Positions 33,026-34,921 of a DNA stretch of 34,921 nt are shown here, one piece after another (the first letter of the stretch is position 1; every line of letters begins with the position of its first letter). Position numbers and translations under genes: made by a program. The notes beneath the pieces were generated by a model that saw only the letters and a list, made by a program, of their open reading frames with translations, was not told the DNA's origin and did no database searches. Origin of the DNA: a virus (lineage: Duplodnaviria; Caudoviricetes); the IMG/VR virus record IMGVR_UViG_3300037478_000353, positions 1 through 34,921 of that record. One strand, 5' to 3'.

Positions 33026-33466
33026 CTATGCGGCTACGGTGTTGGTGGACCTGGCGAGCCAGGGGATTCTGATGACGCAACTCGCCCACCCACCTTCGAT
33101 GCGCCTGATCTGACCGGCCTGCGGGCCGAAGTCGGCGCGAATGCGTAGGTGGCCGGACGGCAGCGTGAACGCGGTTCCTGGCGCGAACATGGAGAGCACT
33201 GCTTGGGTTCCTTCCCGGATGGCCTTCACGTCCTGGCCGGCCACGCCGTACCATGTCACGACGTACAGGCCCGTCTCCTCGACCTGGCCGCCGTTCGCGG
33301 GGAACGTCATGATGCTCGTCGTCGCGGGCACGAACTGCTCGGTGACGTAGGACTGGCCGACATCGGGCTCCACGTCGACGTTGTCGTACCCGATGAGCGT
33401 CGGCAGCCCCGTGGTATTGAGCAGGCGGGCGCGGAGCACGAGCGCGGCCTCGAGTGAGTCGATCAT
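33026..33466 (-). CDS. Tail terminator-like protein
   Basis: I.YDNV...P....Y...F.P.....E.GLY.V...F..GT pattern; immediately upstream of the tail tube. Confidence 0.75.
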   Translation of the reverse strand: MIDSLEAALVLRARLLNTTGLPTLIGYDNVDVEPDVGQSYVTEQFVPATTSIMTFPANGGQVEETGLYVVTWYGVAGQDVKAIREGTQAVLSMFAPGTAFTLPSGHLRIRADFGPQAGQIRRIEGGWASCVIRIPWLARSTNTVAA

Positions 33467-33867
33467 GCGTCACCTCCGACCACTCGCTCGCGTGCCGCTT
33501 CGACGATCTTGTCCCAACTCGCGTGGGTCAGAGCGACGGAATGAGCGCCGCCCGAAGACGACTTGAACACGATCGGGCGGGGCGTCACGGCCTTGCCGCT
33601 CTTGAGCGTGTAGGCCCGCTGTTGACCGTCCTCGATAGCGGGCGCATACCAGATCTTCGTAATGACCTGGCGCTCGAAGTCGGACTCGCGCACCTCGTGC
33701 CAAGACCGCTTGAGCCTGCCGGTTTCGATCGGCTGACCGGGCGCGCCCGTGATCTCCGAGCCGTCGCGGATGCTGCGGAGCGCTTCCTTCGTGCACTCGT
33801 CCATCACCGCGACCGAGCGCGTCTCTACCTTCAAGGTGAACTGCTGGATTTGGTCGACGAATCTCAT
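33463..33867 (-). CDS. HK97 gp10-like tail completion protein
   Basis: PIETGRLKRSW...YAPAIEDG motif. Confidence 0.8.
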   Translation of the reverse strand: MRFVDQIQQFTLKVETRSVAVMDECTKEALRSIRDGSEITGAPGQPIETGRLKRSWHEVRESDFERQVITKIWYAPAIEDGQQRAYTLKSGKAVTPRPIVFKSSSGGAHSVALTHASWDKIVEAARERVVGGDA

Positions 33868-34229
33868 CGCGACGCCACCACCTCCCACATCACCGGAGCG
33901 CCGTCAGGCCCGACCGGCTCGGCCTCGCGGACGATGTAGACGTCATCGCGCCACTCGACGCTGTCGCCCGCGCGTATCACGTCGTCCTGACTGTCGGGCC
34001 AGAACAGCAACGTGATCGCGTCGCGTCGCTTGAGGCCGAGATCTTCGTAGACTTCGGGGTCGCCGATCTTAGAAACAGCGGTCCCCGTCACGTGCGGGGC
34101 CGATAGCGGCGTGAACGTGCCCGTCAAGGGGTCGTGCGCGCCGAGGTCTTCGCGCGCGAACTCGACGGCCGCACCCTGTCGCGCGAACGCCCGGCCCGCG
34201 CGCGCACGGATTCTGGCAAACTCGCTCAT
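33864..34229 (-). CDS. Head closure / head-tail joining protein
   Basis: G....F.R.....DP.TG...GD......Y.V....V.PDG pattern; synteny. Confidence 0.7.
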   Translation of the reverse strand: MSEFARIRARAGRAFARQGAAVEFAREDLGAHDPLTGTFTPLSAPHVTGTAVSKIGDPEVYEDLGLKRRDAITLLFWPDSQDDVIRAGDSVEWRDDVYIVREAEPVGPDGAPVMWEVVASR

Positions 34230-34852
34230 GCGACGCCGAACCGCTTACGTCGGTAAGGTGCGGCCTTCGCCAACACCCTCGGCACGGTACGGTCCAGGCC
34301 GGCAAGCGACGGGTACCGGCCGAAGCTGATCGAGTAATCGCCGAGCGATTCGCTCTCAACGGCGCCAGGGCCCTGACCTACGCCACCGCCTACCGACATG
34401 AGCTCGGCCACGTCGAGCGTCGCCTCGATGATCCCCTGGGGTACAGCAGCCCACCCCCAGATCGCGGTAACCTCGATGGTCGCACGACGGAACGACGTGA
34501 GCGGCCACGACTTGTTGACCGCGAACAGGTCGGAGTACGGCCAACCCGGCTCACCGTTCACGATGCCGTCCCACGGACGTGGGTCGACGTTCGCCAGGTC
34601 CCAGGCCACACCATCGACGGACACGGCCAGGTCCGTGAGCGTGTAGAAGTCGTTCACCGGCAGACGCTCGCGGTCGAGCGCGCGAAATCGACGCGCGCTC
34701 TCTGCCGTGTCTTGATTGAACTCACGGCCGGTAAACGCGTTGACGTGCCGGGACGCCGCAGCCAACAGCCCAGCATACGAGCCATCATCGGCCGTGCCGA
34801 GCCTGGTTTCCAACTGCGCTGCCGTGGCGTACGGCGTCCCGATCGCTGCCAT
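34226..34852 (-). CDS. Head-tail connector (gp6/gp15-like)
   Basis: YATAAQL..RLG...LL.AASR.V...TGR.F...WGW.AVP..I..A...ESESLGDYS...PYRR. Confidence 0.82.
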   Translation of the reverse strand: MAAIGTPYATAAQLETRLGTADDGSYAGLLAAASRHVNAFTGREFNQDTAESARRFRALDRERLPVNDFYTLTDLAVSVDGVAWDLANVDPRPWDGIVNGEPGWPYSDLFAVNKSWPLTSFRRATIEVTAIWGWAAVPQGIIEATLDVAELMSVGGGVGQGPGAVESESLGDYSISFGRYPSLAGLDRTVPRVLAKAAPYRRKRFGVA

Positions 34853-34856
34853 CTAA

Positions 34857-34921
34857 CTAGGGCGTCTGGAGCGCACGGCCCAAGAAATCGACCGTGGCCG
34901 TGGTCTCGCGTCCCAGGTAGT
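34857..34921 (-). CDS. 3' end of a small head-region gene (truncated)
   Basis: Reads ...YLGRETTATVDFLGRALQTP* with the stop 4 nt before the connector start. Confidence 0.4.
   Translation of the reverse strand, partial: YLGRETTATVDFLGRALQTP

Larger units (their letters stand above)
1..34921. mobile_element. Temperate siphovirus-like phage, partial genome
   Basis: Integrase, attP, immunity switch, recombination, lysis, tail and head-tail modules; no host housekeeping genes; no tail sheath seen. Confidence 0.95.

Overview
High-GC temperate tailed-phage (siphovirus-like) DNA, most likely the excised or virion form, because phage genes lie on both sides of an attP that copies the 3' half of a tRNA-Val(TAC) (360-406). 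Order from left to right: (1) truncated C5 DNA methyltransferase, attP, tyrosine integrase and excisionase-like HTH. (2) A leftward, translationally coupled early operon (GIY-YIG, VRR-NUC, NUMOD4-HNH, DUF4406-like, YqaJ/lambda exonuclease, ERF recombinase and many small ORFs). (3) A divergent Cro/CI-like switch with an ATCGG-N4-CCGAT operator array. (4) A rightward accessory island bounded by direct repeats, with an HTH and a SAM methyltransferase. (5) A long leftward late region: a second block of beta-rich, appendage-like genes; two paralogous exported jelly-roll-like proteins; an M15 endolysin with several small membrane proteins; a reversed two-lipoprotein insert; tail proteins, one ending in an alginate-lyase-like domain; tape measure; frameshifted tail chaperones; tail tube; and head-tail genes. 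Most interesting: a coupled small 'CPPxxxxxC' protein plus a 6-7-TM membrane protein embedded among the lysis genes (possible peptide/sensor pair), repeat-bounded gene accretion, an attP that splits a co-oriented gene run, and a roughly 67-70 aa module shared between two unrelated structural genes. All family calls come from motif recognition by eye; no database searches were run. The lipoproteins and T5-like endolysin suggest a diderm host, but this is inference.
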